A DNA stretch of 64,000 bases from Candidatus Latescibacterota bacterium (lineage in GTDB: Bacteria > Latescibacterota > UBA2968 > GCA-2709665), in assembly GCA_965219995.1 (NCBI GenBank), contig CBDCOX010000002.1, positions 2,208,001 to 2,272,000 of the forward strand, given 5' to 3'. The number at the start of each line of letters is the position of its first letter. Position 1 is the first letter of the stretch. A program made the position numbers and the translations under genes. A model generated the notes under the pieces. It was not told the origin of the DNA and ran no database searches. It saw only the letters and a program-made list of their open reading frames with translations. Shown in pieces: positions 1-9,186 of the stretch.

Positions 1-75
1 AAACTTCAGCGTTGCCATGCCCAGGAGAAACAGAACAAAGATGATGGCGGCCTTCGTCGCGAATTCTCGTGTCAT
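1..75 (-). CDS. Partial membrane protein (N-terminus only; runs off the window), next gene of the psp operon
   Basis: ATG at 75 with AAAGGAG RBS (84-90, minus strand); reads MTREFATKAAIIFVLFLLGMATLKF. Not in the ORF track. Confidence 0.7.
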   Translation of the reverse strand, partial: MTREFATKAAIIFVLFLLGMATLKF

Positions 76-106
76 CAGGATCACTCCTTTCTATCGCAGC
101 CCAAAC

Positions 107-682
107 CTATACTTTCGTTCGGTCCCTTCTAAGCCCCTCGTCCAGGCTGATGATGACCTCCTGGAGATCGTTCAAGCGCTGGTCAACGGTATCCAGCCGC
201 TCTTCCATTCGTCTCGCCCGGTCCGGACTCATCCCCTTGCCCTCCCGCTTTTTCCTGAGGTGTATATAGCTCACCAGACCCCCGGCGAAGATGATCAGGC
301 AGATTCCGATGCCGATTTCCATTGCGATACCAAGACCGGTTCCGGATCGAACCAACTCGAGACGGTCCGCGACGCCTTCAAGTTTCCTGGCGGCCGATTC
401 TAATCGCCGCTGGTTGTCCAGGAGTAGACTCACGCCTTCGTCCGACAGACCACTTGCACTACCGACCTCGGTCGGTCCCGGTATATAATCAGCATCCGGC
501 AGCACGTTCCATCGGTCAGACGTGAAGGCCCAGATTGCGAACCCGACGGCCGCCACCGCCAGGAAGATCCCAACCGTTGATCCGCTCGGCTTCTTGTTAC
601 CGGGGGTCATCAGGTAGACTGAATACCCGCCCGCAACCATCAGCAGGCAAAGGGCTAACGCCAGTTCCAGTATCCAGCTCAT
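107..682 (-). CDS. Three-TM membrane protein with C-terminal PspB-like TM/coiled-coil module
   Basis: Three hydrophobic segments; C-terminal MEERLDTVDQRLNDLQEVIISLDE; GAGGAGG RBS; lies in the pspA operon. Confidence 0.7.
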   Translation of the reverse strand: MSWILELALALCLLMVAGGYSVYLMTPGNKKPSGSTVGIFLAVAAVGFAIWAFTSDRWNVLPDADYIPGPTEVGSASGLSDEGVSLLLDNQRRLESAARKLEGVADRLELVRSGTGLGIAMEIGIGICLIIFAGGLVSYIHLRKKREGKGMSPDRARRMEERLDTVDQRLNDLQEVIISLDEGLRRDRTKV

Positions 683-749
683 CGTGTTCCCTCCTCTTGT
701 TTCCCGGACTTATGCAAATCAAGCGGATAAATTCATACCTGTCAGAGAT

Positions 750-1124
750 TTACACGACCTTTCTCAGCTTGCTTGCAGTGGCGTCCGGTCCGGCGGCTCC
801 CGGGTCTGCCTTCTTGAGGACACCAGACAGTCTCGTGGTCCTCAGTGTCTTGTCGACACTTCCGGATACGCCGCTCAACTTCAGTTCGCCGCCTGCGCCC
901 CTGACAGTCTTCAGACCGCTGATCAACTCTCCAATCATGGCAGCGCCGACAAACTTCAATTTTGACAGGTCGACCACGACCGTCCGGGCCCCGCTGTTCG
1001 CCAGGTTTCGTATTTTGCGTCGCAGCGGCGCCACTTCCGACCTGGCGACGGGGTCGCCGCTGACGGAGACAATGACCGCTCCGCCCTGAATGCGTTCGCC
1101 GACGTCAATGCGCCTCGAATTCAT
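750..1124 (-). CDS. STAS domain protein (anti-sigma factor antagonist-like)
   Basis: VIVSVSGD..VVVDLSKLKFVGAAMIGELI..GGELKL pattern of SpoIIAA/RsbV; start moved to ATG 1124 behind AGAGGG. Confidence 0.85.
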   Translation of the reverse strand: MNSRRIDVGERIQGGAVIVSVSGDPVARSEVAPLRRKIRNLANSGARTVVVDLSKLKFVGAAMIGELISGLKTVRGAGGELKLSGVSGSVDKTLRTTRLSGVLKKADPGAAGPDATASKLRKVV

Positions 1125-1215
1125 CGTACAATCCCTCTTGTTTTTGTGTAAATCCGGTCCGCGTGGGACAGTCCGGTGATTCCTGCCATTGGATTTCATC
1201 CGATTCCGGCGTCCC

Positions 1216-1431
1216 TTACGACGTTTCCCCCGGGCTTCCTCGATCGAGCTTTTCGTCGATCGCGATCATGATTTCCTGGATATCGGTAAGCCGCCGATCC
1301 AGGTCGTCCAGCCGGGCGTTCAATCGATCCTCGACTTTGCCGGGCACGGAACCCTTGGTCTGTCGATCCACATATTTCAGTACAGCCGACGCAAGAACAA
1401 TCAGCGCAACGCCAACACCGACTTCAAACAT
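1216..1431 (-). CDS. Small single-TM coiled-coil protein, PspB-like
   Basis: 71 aa; TM followed by RLNARLDDLDRRLTDIQEIMIAIDEKL, homologous to the C-terminus of 107-682; GGAGG RBS. Confidence 0.75.
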   Translation of the reverse strand: MFEVGVGVALIVLASAVLKYVDRQTKGSVPGKVEDRLNARLDDLDRRLTDIQEIMIAIDEKLDRGSPGETS

Positions 1432-1457
1432 GACATCCCTCCGTCATATGCAGGATT

Positions 1458-2087
1458 TCAGAGTTCATCCACTGGTTTTGCCTGGCGTTTTTCCTGACCG
1501 CGTTCAATTTCAGGAAAATAGTACACGACGAGTCCGGATTCGGAGACGCGCACCTCGGCGCTGCCTTTCTCGCCCAATGTGCGCAGGATCTCCTCCGCCT
1601 TCTCTACGGTCATCCGCCCATCGGTTGCGGCTTCCAGCACGGTGAGGCTGCCTCCCTTTTCGCGGGCGAGCCTGAGCAGGCGATGCTGATATTGCGCATA
1701 TCGCTTCCGGTCGGCCGATTCGTGCGCCGTGCGTCCCGCAAGCCTGAATACAAGCGCGCCGGTCAGGGCCAGGATAAACAGCAACGCCTCCGGGTGGAAC
1801 GAGCGCTCGACAATGCCGATGACGAAGGGGACAATCGCGGCGAATACACACAAGATCGCGGCAGCTTTCAGGAAGTGTCCGAGGACGTATCGCATGTCGC
1901 AGCTCCAATTGATGGCCATGTCCGAAATCCGAGTCGACAGACCCGCGGACCGTGCACGGCAAGCCTGACGCGGGTATTGCCGTCCATCGCCGCCCTTACG
2001 GGCCGCCTCCACGGCCTTTTTCGCATCGCGTACGGCATTCCTGACTTCATACGCGATCTCGTCCAGAATTTTCTGTACCTCACGCAT
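1458..2087 (-). CDS. Two-TM membrane protein with predicted C-terminal winged-helix domain
   Basis: Overlaps the pspA stop; two TM helices; LLRLAREKGGSLTVLEAA..TVEKAEEILRTL..AEVRVSESGLVVYYFPE fits H1-b-H2-H3-b-b. Confidence 0.7.
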   Translation of the reverse strand: MREVQKILDEIAYEVRNAVRDAKKAVEAARKGGDGRQYPRQACRARSAGLSTRISDMAINWSCDMRYVLGHFLKAAAILCVFAAIVPFVIGIVERSFHPEALLFILALTGALVFRLAGRTAHESADRKRYAQYQHRLLRLAREKGGSLTVLEAATDGRMTVEKAEEILRTLGEKGSAEVRVSESGLVVYYFPEIERGQEKRQAKPVDEL

Positions 2088-2757
2088 CGGACTTGCGCAT
2101 CCTGTCTTTCAGGGCCTGCAGTTCCTCTTCCACGGTGTTCTGCCGTTCCAGCTTTTCGAATGAGTCTTCGAGCGAAGGATCTTCTCCCGCAATTTCGGCG
2201 TGCGCATGGGCCTCTGCTTCTTCGGTCTCCACCCGATTCCGGAAGCGCTCAAAGCTCGAAAACGCGTCGTCGCCGACACCCGAAAGTCCCTGGGCGATCT
2301 GCTTTCTCGCCTGAGCGGCGCGACGCCGGGCGATAAGAGCGCCCTGACGGGTGCGTGCCTCGTCCAGTTTGGATTTGAGTTGCGTTAATTGCTTCTTGAG
2401 CTGATCGGAGGTCTTGTGGCTTTCGTCGAAAGCGACTTCCAGATCCAGGGCGGCTCTTTCAACCGCGGCTTTTCGTTCCAGCGCGCGCCGCGCCAGGTCG
2501 TCTTCGCCGGACTCGACGGCCAGCTCGGCCTTCTTCTGCCAGGACTCGATCTGGTCCGTCTTGTCCAGCAATTGACGCTCAAGGCGTTTTTCGTTGGCAA
2601 CGGCGGTGCCGACGGACGCGGTTGCCTTGTTGACGGCCTCTTCCATTTCAAGGATCATCTGCCGGATCATCTTTTCCGGATCTTCGGCGCGATTCAGAAG
2701 ATCGTTGATGTTGGCCTTGACGATGTCCGCCATGCGGGAGAAGATTCCTTTGGCCAC
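2080..2757 (-). CDS. pspA: PspA/IM30 (Vipp1, bacterial ESCRT-III) family protein
   Basis: GIFSRMADIVKANINDLLNRAEDPEKMIRQMILEMEE, DDLARRAL, FERF and EELQALKDRM match E. coli PspA. Confidence 0.96.
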   Translation of the reverse strand: MAKGIFSRMADIVKANINDLLNRAEDPEKMIRQMILEMEEAVNKATASVGTAVANEKRLERQLLDKTDQIESWQKKAELAVESGEDDLARRALERKAAVERAALDLEVAFDESHKTSDQLKKQLTQLKSKLDEARTRQGALIARRRAAQARKQIAQGLSGVGDDAFSSFERFRNRVETEEAEAHAHAEIAGEDPSLEDSFEKLERQNTVEEELQALKDRMRKSDA

Positions 2758-2849
2758 TGTCTTTCTCCTTTCTATCGTAGGCTTCTTGACCCCACGAGGG
2801 TGGAAAAATCCGATTTCCTGTAATTATTCAAGGTCCTGCCGACATTCCT

Positions 2850-2866
2850 TGCAAGTATCGTACCCG
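2850..2866 (-). promoter_or_regulatory. Putative sigma-54 (-24/-12) promoter of the pspA operon
   Basis: Minus strand CGGGTACG-ATAC-TTGCA has exact GG-N10-GC spacing, about 90 bp upstream of pspA; enterobacterial pspA is sigma-54 dependent. Confidence 0.6.
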
Positions 2867-3132
2867 TTTTACAAAATAGGCGATCCCGATGTTAAATGTC
2901 GGTATTTACTGGCTTTATACTGACACGTGAAATCATGTCACCAATAGAAGTTGGTGAAAAACGCCGTACACAAGGCGAAAACGACCGGATCGAATGGCCG
3001 TGGAGTGCCTGATCATGAACGGAGCCGGCTTGTCTTTTGGGGACAAATGGCGTAATATCTGGGGTGTTCTGCCGGTTGAACCCGACCGGTGCGGTCGCTG
3101 TTTCATTCGAGTCTCCGCGTTGGACCATAGTC

Positions 3133-4254
3133 ATGAAAAACTGTCGCCATCTGCGTCTGTTCAGTGTCGCACTCTGCGTGGTCATGTTGCTTGCCAGCCC
3201 CCTTGCCGGGCTCTCGCTTGTACACAAGGTCCGGAAAGGGGAATCTCTCTGGTCCATTGCCCGGCAGTGGGGAACGAGCATCCGGGAGATCAAGCGAATC
3301 AACAAGCTGCGCACCAACAACGTCTATCCGGGCCAGGTGCTACGCCTGGGCGCGCGGATCGTCAAATACGACGCGGCGAACGGTCCGTACTACTGGCGAA
3401 AGCCGAAGGCGTCAAGGCAAAGGCACCGGAACTATTCCGAAAGGGCGCGCTCCGCCCCGAGTGTGGATTATCGCCGGGCCCAGGCCCTTTTGCGCGCCTT
3501 CGACAACGAGATTCTCGCCAAGGCGCCCAAGAGAAGAAGGAAACCGCTGAAGGGCTGGTGGATCGTGCTCGACCCGGGGCACGGCGGCATCGATCCGGGC
3601 GCGATCGTTTCCAATTTGACGGGCAAGAAACGACGGGTCTACGTGGTCGAAGACGAATACGTGTATGATATTGCGCTGCGAATGTACAAGAAACTCCGGC
3701 TCCTGGGCGCGGAGGTGACACTCACGGTGATCAGCCCCAATCATCTGATTCGGGAAAACCAAACGGCCAAAATTACATTTGTCCACGAAAAGAACGAAGT
3801 CTATAACGATGAACGGTACAACCGGAGGAATTCGGAGAAGGTACGCCCCAGGAGCGCCAATATCTCACAGCGCGTCCGGGTTGCAAACCGCTTCGTCAAG
3901 CGGGCGCGCGGGGGCAGGAGCCTGTTTGTCTCGGTACACGCGGACAACACTCCCGGACGATCCAGGGGGCCCCTGGCGATCTATCATAAACGGCGGGGCA
4001 GGGTTGACAGCCGGTCCAGGGCGTTCGCCCGTGTCATGCGTTCGGTCCTGCACCGGCGGGACCTTCCGGCTCGGGTTCAGGGGCGGAACCTTGCGGTATT
4101 GCGGAACAATCTGGCCCACGCGGAGATTCTGGTCGAGGTCCACAACGTCCACTATACGCACGACGCCTATCAGATCCGGTACCATGAACATCGGGAGCGC
4201 GACGCGGATCGGCTGGTAAACGGCATCCTGGCGTATGCCAGAAAACGTCGATGA
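3133..4254 (+). CDS. LysM-domain N-acetylmuramoyl-L-alanine amidase (Amidase_3)
   Basis: Signal peptide; HKVRKGESLWSIARQW..IKRINKL LysM; LDPGHGGIDPGA, FVSVHAD, LAVLR and ILVEV motifs. Confidence 0.92.
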   Translation: MKNCRHLRLFSVALCVVMLLASPLAGLSLVHKVRKGESLWSIARQWGTSIREIKRINKLRTNNVYPGQVLRLGARIVKYDAANGPYYWRKPKASRQRHRNYSERARSAPSVDYRRAQALLRAFDNEILAKAPKRRRKPLKGWWIVLDPGHGGIDPGAIVSNLTGKKRRVYVVEDEYVYDIALRMYKKLRLLGAEVTLTVISPNHLIRENQTAKITFVHEKNEVYNDERYNRRNSEKVRPRSANISQRVRVANRFVKRARGGRSLFVSVHADNTPGRSRGPLAIYHKRRGRVDSRSRAFARVMRSVLHRRDLPARVQGRNLAVLRNNLAHAEILVEVHNVHYTHDAYQIRYHEHRERDADRLVNGILAYARKRR

Positions 4255-4349
4255 TTCCCCGGACATCGCGCACGCACGTCGCAGTGGATGGCTATTGGCG
4301 TACGTACCTGTACGACGGCTGCCGAGGCTGAAGAACGGCAGCCTCCGAA

Positions 4350-6794
4350 CTATCGCATGAATCTCCGGATCCGAAGTGAATTCGAGATGACCGAGACCGA
4401 ACTCAGGGCCATGGCGCCGGCCGCGACCATGGGACCCCCGAGCGGATTGAGCAGGCCGAGTGCGGCGACCGGAATCAGCAGGACGTTGTAGACGAACGCC
4501 CAGAACAGGTTCTGGCGGATCGTGCGCATGGTCCGGCCCGACAGGCGGATGGCGGTCTCTATTCCTGACAGGCTGCCGGACATCAGGGTGATGTCCGCGG
4601 TTTCCATGGCAACGCCCGTACCGGTCCCCATGGCGATGCCGACATCCGCGGTCGCGAGGGCGGGCGCGTCGTTGACGCCGTCCCCGACCATGGCCACACG
4701 GTGACGCCCGGTTTGCATTGCTGCGATCCGGGCGGCCTTCTCTTCGGGAGTTACCCCGGCAGCGACCCTCGCGATCCCTGCCTGTTCGGCGATGGCGCGG
4801 GCGGTTTTCTCGTTGTCTCCGGTGAGGAGGACGACGTCAAGTTCCAGTGACTTGAGATCTGAAACGGCGCGGACAACGTCCGGTTTCAGAACGTCTGCTA
4901 CGCCGATGAGCCCCTCTACCTGATCGTCTACAGCGACGAACAGGACCGTTTTGCCGCCGGCTTCCAGACGCGCTGCCCGCGCATCCAGATTGTCAGGTAC
5001 CATCGTACGGGATTCCATCAGACGCCGGTTGCCCAGAAGAATGGTGCGACCGGCCTTTTTTGCGCGCACGCCCAGCCCTGGCAGGGCTTCGAATTCCACC
5101 GAATCTTCAATCTTCTGCCCCCGTTCCCGCGCCGCGTTGCGGACGGCCTCTCCGAGGGGGTGTTCGGAACCCTGTTCGACGGCCGCCGCCAAATTGAGAA
5201 GTTCCGTTTCCGAGCGGGATCCGGCGGTGACGAGATCGGTCACGACGGGCCGACCGGTAGTCAGCGTGCCTGTCTTGTCCAGGACAATCGTGTCGAGCCT
5301 GTGCGCGGATTCGAGGACGTCGCCGCCCTTGATGAGAACCCCCAGTTCCGCCGCACGGCCGGTGCCCACCAGAATGGCGGTGGGTGTGGCCAGGCCGAGC
5401 GCGCACGGACAGGCGATGATGAGGACCGCAACGGCGTTGAGCAGCGCGTCGGGATTTCCGGATCCTGAACCCGCGATCCACCACAGGGCGAACGTCATCA
5501 CCGCAATTCCGAAAACCACGGGTACAAAAATACCGGCAACGCGGTCCGCGACGCGCTGAACGGGCGCGCGCGCGCCCTGAGCCTGGCGCACCATCCGAAC
5601 AATTCGCGCATGCACCGTCTCGGCGCCGACCTGCGAAGCCTGGAAAGTGAAGCTTCCCGTCCTGTTGAGCGTTGCCCCGAGGACACGGCTGCCGGCGCCT
5701 TTCTCAACGGGGAGGCTTTCGCCCGTGATCACGGATTCGTCAACGCCCGATCGCCCGTCCTGAACAACCCCGTCCACCGGGATTCTGTCGCCCGGTCTGA
5801 TGCGAAGCAGGTCTCCAACGGCGACGTCGTCCACGGAAACGACCAACTCTTCCCCATCGCGAATCACGCAGGCGGTCTCCGGGCGAAGGTCCATCAACCC
5901 GCGGATCGCTTCGGTGGTGAGCCCGCGGGAGCGGATCTCCAGGACCCGTCCCAGAAGGATCAGGGTAACGATCATCGCTGAAGTGTCGAAGTAGACGTTG
6001 ACGGGCTGTCCTGCTCCCGCGACGGACGCGGGCGCCAGCACGCCGGCGACGCTGTATCCGTACGCCGCGAGCGTGCCGACGGCGATGAGGCTGTTCATGT
6101 CTGCAGTCCCGTGGCGCAGACCGTTCCAGAACCCACTGAGAAATCGCCAGCCGCACCAGAATTGCACGGGGGTTGCCAGGACGAACAGCAACAGATGCAC
6201 CTCTCGCGTGGAGAACGGCGTGCCATGGATTTTGTGCGTCATCCCCGCACCCATAATGAGGGTTGACAGCACCGCCCCAACGACGAGACGAACCCACACC
6301 GAACGGCGATCCGTCAGTTCCGTCGCCTGGTCTTCGTCTTCTCCGGTTGCACGCTCCTCCAGGACCGTTGCGCCGTATCCGGCATCGACCGCCGCCCCTG
6401 TGAGGAAGGACGCGTCAACGTGGAGATGGCGAACGGTTGCCTGACCGGTTGCGAAGTTGACCGTGGCGTCAATGACGCCGGGTATCCCGTTCAATGCATC
6501 TTCGACGCGGGAAACGCATGCGGCACAGCTCATGCCGCGAATGACGAGCGCCGTTTCCGCGATGCGCAGCCCGTAGCCGAGACGCTCGATTCTCCGGACA
6601 AGCTGCTCCTCGTCGGCCTGATCGGGACTGAGCAGCAATGTCGCCTCCGCCGTCGCGAAGTTGACGGCCACCTCGTTTACGCCGCTGATTTCCTGCAGTT
6701 CTTTCTGGATCCGGGCGGCGCAGGCGGCACAACTCATGCCGCTGACGGGCACGGTCAGGCGGACGGCGGGGTTCGTTTCGAGAATTCGGGACAT
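4350..6794 (-). CDS. copA: Copper-translocating P1B-type ATPase
   Basis: Two GMSCAAC metal-binding domains, CPC, DKTGTLT, SEHPL, GDGVND, YN and MALSS. Confidence 0.95.
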   Translation of the reverse strand: MSRILETNPAVRLTVPVSGMSCAACAARIQKELQEISGVNEVAVNFATAEATLLLSPDQADEEQLVRRIERLGYGLRIAETALVIRGMSCAACVSRVEDALNGIPGVIDATVNFATGQATVRHLHVDASFLTGAAVDAGYGATVLEERATGEDEDQATELTDRRSVWVRLVVGAVLSTLIMGAGMTHKIHGTPFSTREVHLLLFVLATPVQFWCGWRFLSGFWNGLRHGTADMNSLIAVGTLAAYGYSVAGVLAPASVAGAGQPVNVYFDTSAMIVTLILLGRVLEIRSRGLTTEAIRGLMDLRPETACVIRDGEELVVSVDDVAVGDLLRIRPGDRIPVDGVVQDGRSGVDESVITGESLPVEKGAGSRVLGATLNRTGSFTFQASQVGAETVHARIVRMVRQAQGARAPVQRVADRVAGIFVPVVFGIAVMTFALWWIAGSGSGNPDALLNAVAVLIIACPCALGLATPTAILVGTGRAAELGVLIKGGDVLESAHRLDTIVLDKTGTLTTGRPVVTDLVTAGSRSETELLNLAAAVEQGSEHPLGEAVRNAARERGQKIEDSVEFEALPGLGVRAKKAGRTILLGNRRLMESRTMVPDNLDARAARLEAGGKTVLFVAVDDQVEGLIGVADVLKPDVVRAVSDLKSLELDVVLLTGDNEKTARAIAEQAGIARVAAGVTPEEKAARIAAMQTGRHRVAMVGDGVNDAPALATADVGIAMGTGTGVAMETADITLMSGSLSGIETAIRLSGRTMRTIRQNLFWAFVYNVLLIPVAALGLLNPLGGPMVAAGAMALSSVSVISNSLRIRRFMR

Positions 6795-7043
6795 GGTCCC
6801 CTTTCATTCAAAACACAGAACTCACATGGATAAACATGATGGACAGGATAAAAACCAAAAAGCGCGACATAAACACAAGAATACAGACATCAGAAACTAC
6901 GAAACACGCGAAAAAAACGAAACACACATGAATGGACTGGATGGGCGGGAAAAAGTCAAAAAGCGCGGGAATACGAGGAGCGGCAGGGAATCGAATCACC
7001 ATAGGCCGCAGGTCGTCTCTCCGACCACGCTGAAACCCCAGCG

Positions 7044-8057
7044 TTACGCGGGACCAGAAAAATGGTCGAAACCGCGCGTCTTCAGTTCCGTTTTCGCACC
7101 CAGCGCATCTTCGAGATGGATACGTCCGTCCCCGGCCTCGATCCGCCCGATGCGGCGGATCCGTGTTCCGGCGGCGAGCGCCTCGATCTCACGATTGCCT
7201 CCGGGCGCCGCCGTAAACAGCAGTTCATAGTCCTCCCCACCGGTAATCGACAGACTCCGGGATTCCGGGGTCGAGCATTCGCAGAATCGGCGGAACGCCG
7301 GTGAAACCGGAATCTCCGTTTCCCTAATTACCCCGGAAACCCCGCTCTGCGTGCAGATGTGGCGTAAATCCGACGCCATCCCGTCCGAAAGATCCAGCAT
7401 CGCCGTCACGGCGCCCGATGCCGCCAGCGCCTGACCCAACTTCACCCTGGGCACCGGCCGGTGGTGCCTGCCCAGCAGAAACTCCCGGTCGTCCGCAGAA
7501 AGCCTGATCTCGCCGCCCATCGCCAGCTTCAACCCCGCCGCGGAGTCCCCAAGGGTGCCGGACACGTAAATCTGATCGCCGGGGCGGGCGCCTGAGCGGT
7601 AGCACACACGGTCATGATCCATCTCGCCGGTCAGCGTCAGATTCATCACCAGCGGCCCGGTACTCCGCGTTGTGTCGCCCCCCACGACGTTCACGCCAAA
7701 AAGCGACGCCAATGCGCGCAATCCAACATATACGCGCTCCATGTAGTCAATGTCGAAATCGGGTGGAACCGCCACCGAAACCAGCGCCTCCCGTGGCTCC
7801 CCGCCCATCGCTGCGACGTCTGAAAGACTGACGGCGAGCAGCTTGTGACCCAGCGACCCTGCATCGGACGCTCCGACCTCGAAATGCACGCCTTCTACCA
7901 TCAGATCGGTCGTGATGAGGCGCACCCGGTCGCGTCCGCACGACATCACGGCGCAATCGTCCCCGATACCACGCCGTACGCCCTCCGTCCGCGACCATCC
8001 TGCCGCCGCAATCCGCTCGATAAATTCGAATTCTCCCATTTCCCGAAACGTCGTCAC
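7044..8057 (-). CDS. thiL: Thiamine-monophosphate kinase
   Basis: GEFEFI, GIGDDCA, EGVHF, SDVAAMGG, GGDTT, DLSDG and GGEDYEL; GTG start at 8057. Confidence 0.95.
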   Translation of the reverse strand: MTTFREMGEFEFIERIAAAGWSRTEGVRRGIGDDCAVMSCGRDRVRLITTDLMVEGVHFEVGASDAGSLGHKLLAVSLSDVAAMGGEPREALVSVAVPPDFDIDYMERVYVGLRALASLFGVNVVGGDTTRSTGPLVMNLTLTGEMDHDRVCYRSGARPGDQIYVSGTLGDSAAGLKLAMGGEIRLSADDREFLLGRHHRPVPRVKLGQALAASGAVTAMLDLSDGMASDLRHICTQSGVSGVIRETEIPVSPAFRRFCECSTPESRSLSITGGEDYELLFTAAPGGNREIEALAAGTRIRRIGRIEAGDGRIHLEDALGAKTELKTRGFDHFSGPA

Positions 8058-8131
8058 GGGTTCTCCACCGGAATCGTCGATACGCTCCGTCAAGCAAAGG
8101 GCAGGAGAGTGCGGACACGGGGCGGACCGGC

Positions 8132-8899
8132 TCACGCGGAACGCTCGCGCCGCCGCTGCCAGGCCACGACTTCCGCGTAGGGAACGTCGCCGCCGAATAT
8201 GTCCAGTGCGCTGCCGATGGTCAGACCCACGCGCCCTTTCCCCAATCTCTCGACGCGGTCCAGGTCTTCCAGCCGCCGGGCGCCGCCAGCGTACGTCACT
8301 TCGATGGGCGATTCGACTCCGAGCATCTCCACAAGCGAGTCTTCAATCCCCGTGCGCTTTCCCTCGACGTCCACCCCGTGCACAAGGAAGCCGTCGCAGA
8401 ATTCCGAAAGCCAGGCCAGCGTTGGACCGTGCACCTGGACGCTGGTGAACTTCTGCCACTGGTCGGTTACCACCAGATACGCATCGCCCTGTCTTCGGCA
8501 GCTCAGATCCAGCACCAGCCTGTCACGACCTACAGTGTCCACCATCATGTCCAGTCGGTCGGCATCCACGCGCCCGTCTCGAAACACATACGAAGTGACG
8601 ATCACGTGGCTGGCGCCGGCGTCCAGATATCGCTGCGCGTTCTCCGGCCGGATGCCGCCGCCCACCCGGAACCCCCCGGGCCAGGCGGACAGCGCCGACA
8701 GGGCGGCGGACTCGTTGCCCGGGCCCAGCATGATGACGTGGCCTCCCGGCAGGTTGTCGGTCCTGTACAGCTCCGCGTAGTCGGCCGCCGCACGGTCTGT
8801 CTCAAAGTTCGTCGCCGGCGTTCCACCGCCTCGCACGGACCCACCCACAATTTGCACCACGCGCCCGCCGCGCAGATCGATACACGGCCTGAAATTCAC
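8132..8899 (-). CDS. hisA: ProFAR isomerase, eukaryotic (His6)-type HisA
   Basis: FRPCIDLRGGRVVQIVGG, GGHVIMLG, ASHVIVTSYVF, LVLDLSCR, HGVDVEG and LTIGSALDIFGG. Confidence 0.93.
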   Translation of the reverse strand: MNFRPCIDLRGGRVVQIVGGSVRGGGTPATNFETDRAAADYAELYRTDNLPGGHVIMLGPGNESAALSALSAWPGGFRVGGGIRPENAQRYLDAGASHVIVTSYVFRDGRVDADRLDMMVDTVGRDRLVLDLSCRRQGDAYLVVTDQWQKFTSVQVHGPTLAWLSEFCDGFLVHGVDVEGKRTGIEDSLVEMLGVESPIEVTYAGGARRLEDLDRVERLGKGRVGLTIGSALDIFGGDVPYAEVVAWQRRRERSA

Positions 8900-9083
8900 G
8901 GAGTTGCCTCGCTGCAGACGGAAAATCGGACGGCCGCGCCATACGACGCCCGATGCCGGAACCGTGCAGGCTTCCTGCGTTGTCACCGCACCCGTCTCGC
9001 CCGGAAGGTCCGGAAGACAGCCGTTTCAATATAACGTACAATACCACTCACTTCAACCCTCGCCCAGCCGCTACAAGGCTAAG

Positions 9084-9110
9084 AAAAAACCGGAGGCTCG
9101 CGCCTCCGGC
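9084..9110 (-). terminator. Rho-independent terminator after the RND gene
   Basis: CCGGAGGC/GCCTCCGG hairpin followed by a U-tract on the minus strand. Confidence 0.6.
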
Positions 9111-9186
9111 GTTGACATCGCGCATTTGGAAGACCACTTCAACAACCACCCCGGGAAACCGCCCGCCATTGGCCTCGGGGATCCGT

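Noticed and set aside
6808-7002. Hydrophobic 64-aa ORF upstream of copA
   Set aside because: Explained as the antisense reading of A-rich short repeats; no RBS or metal-binding motif.
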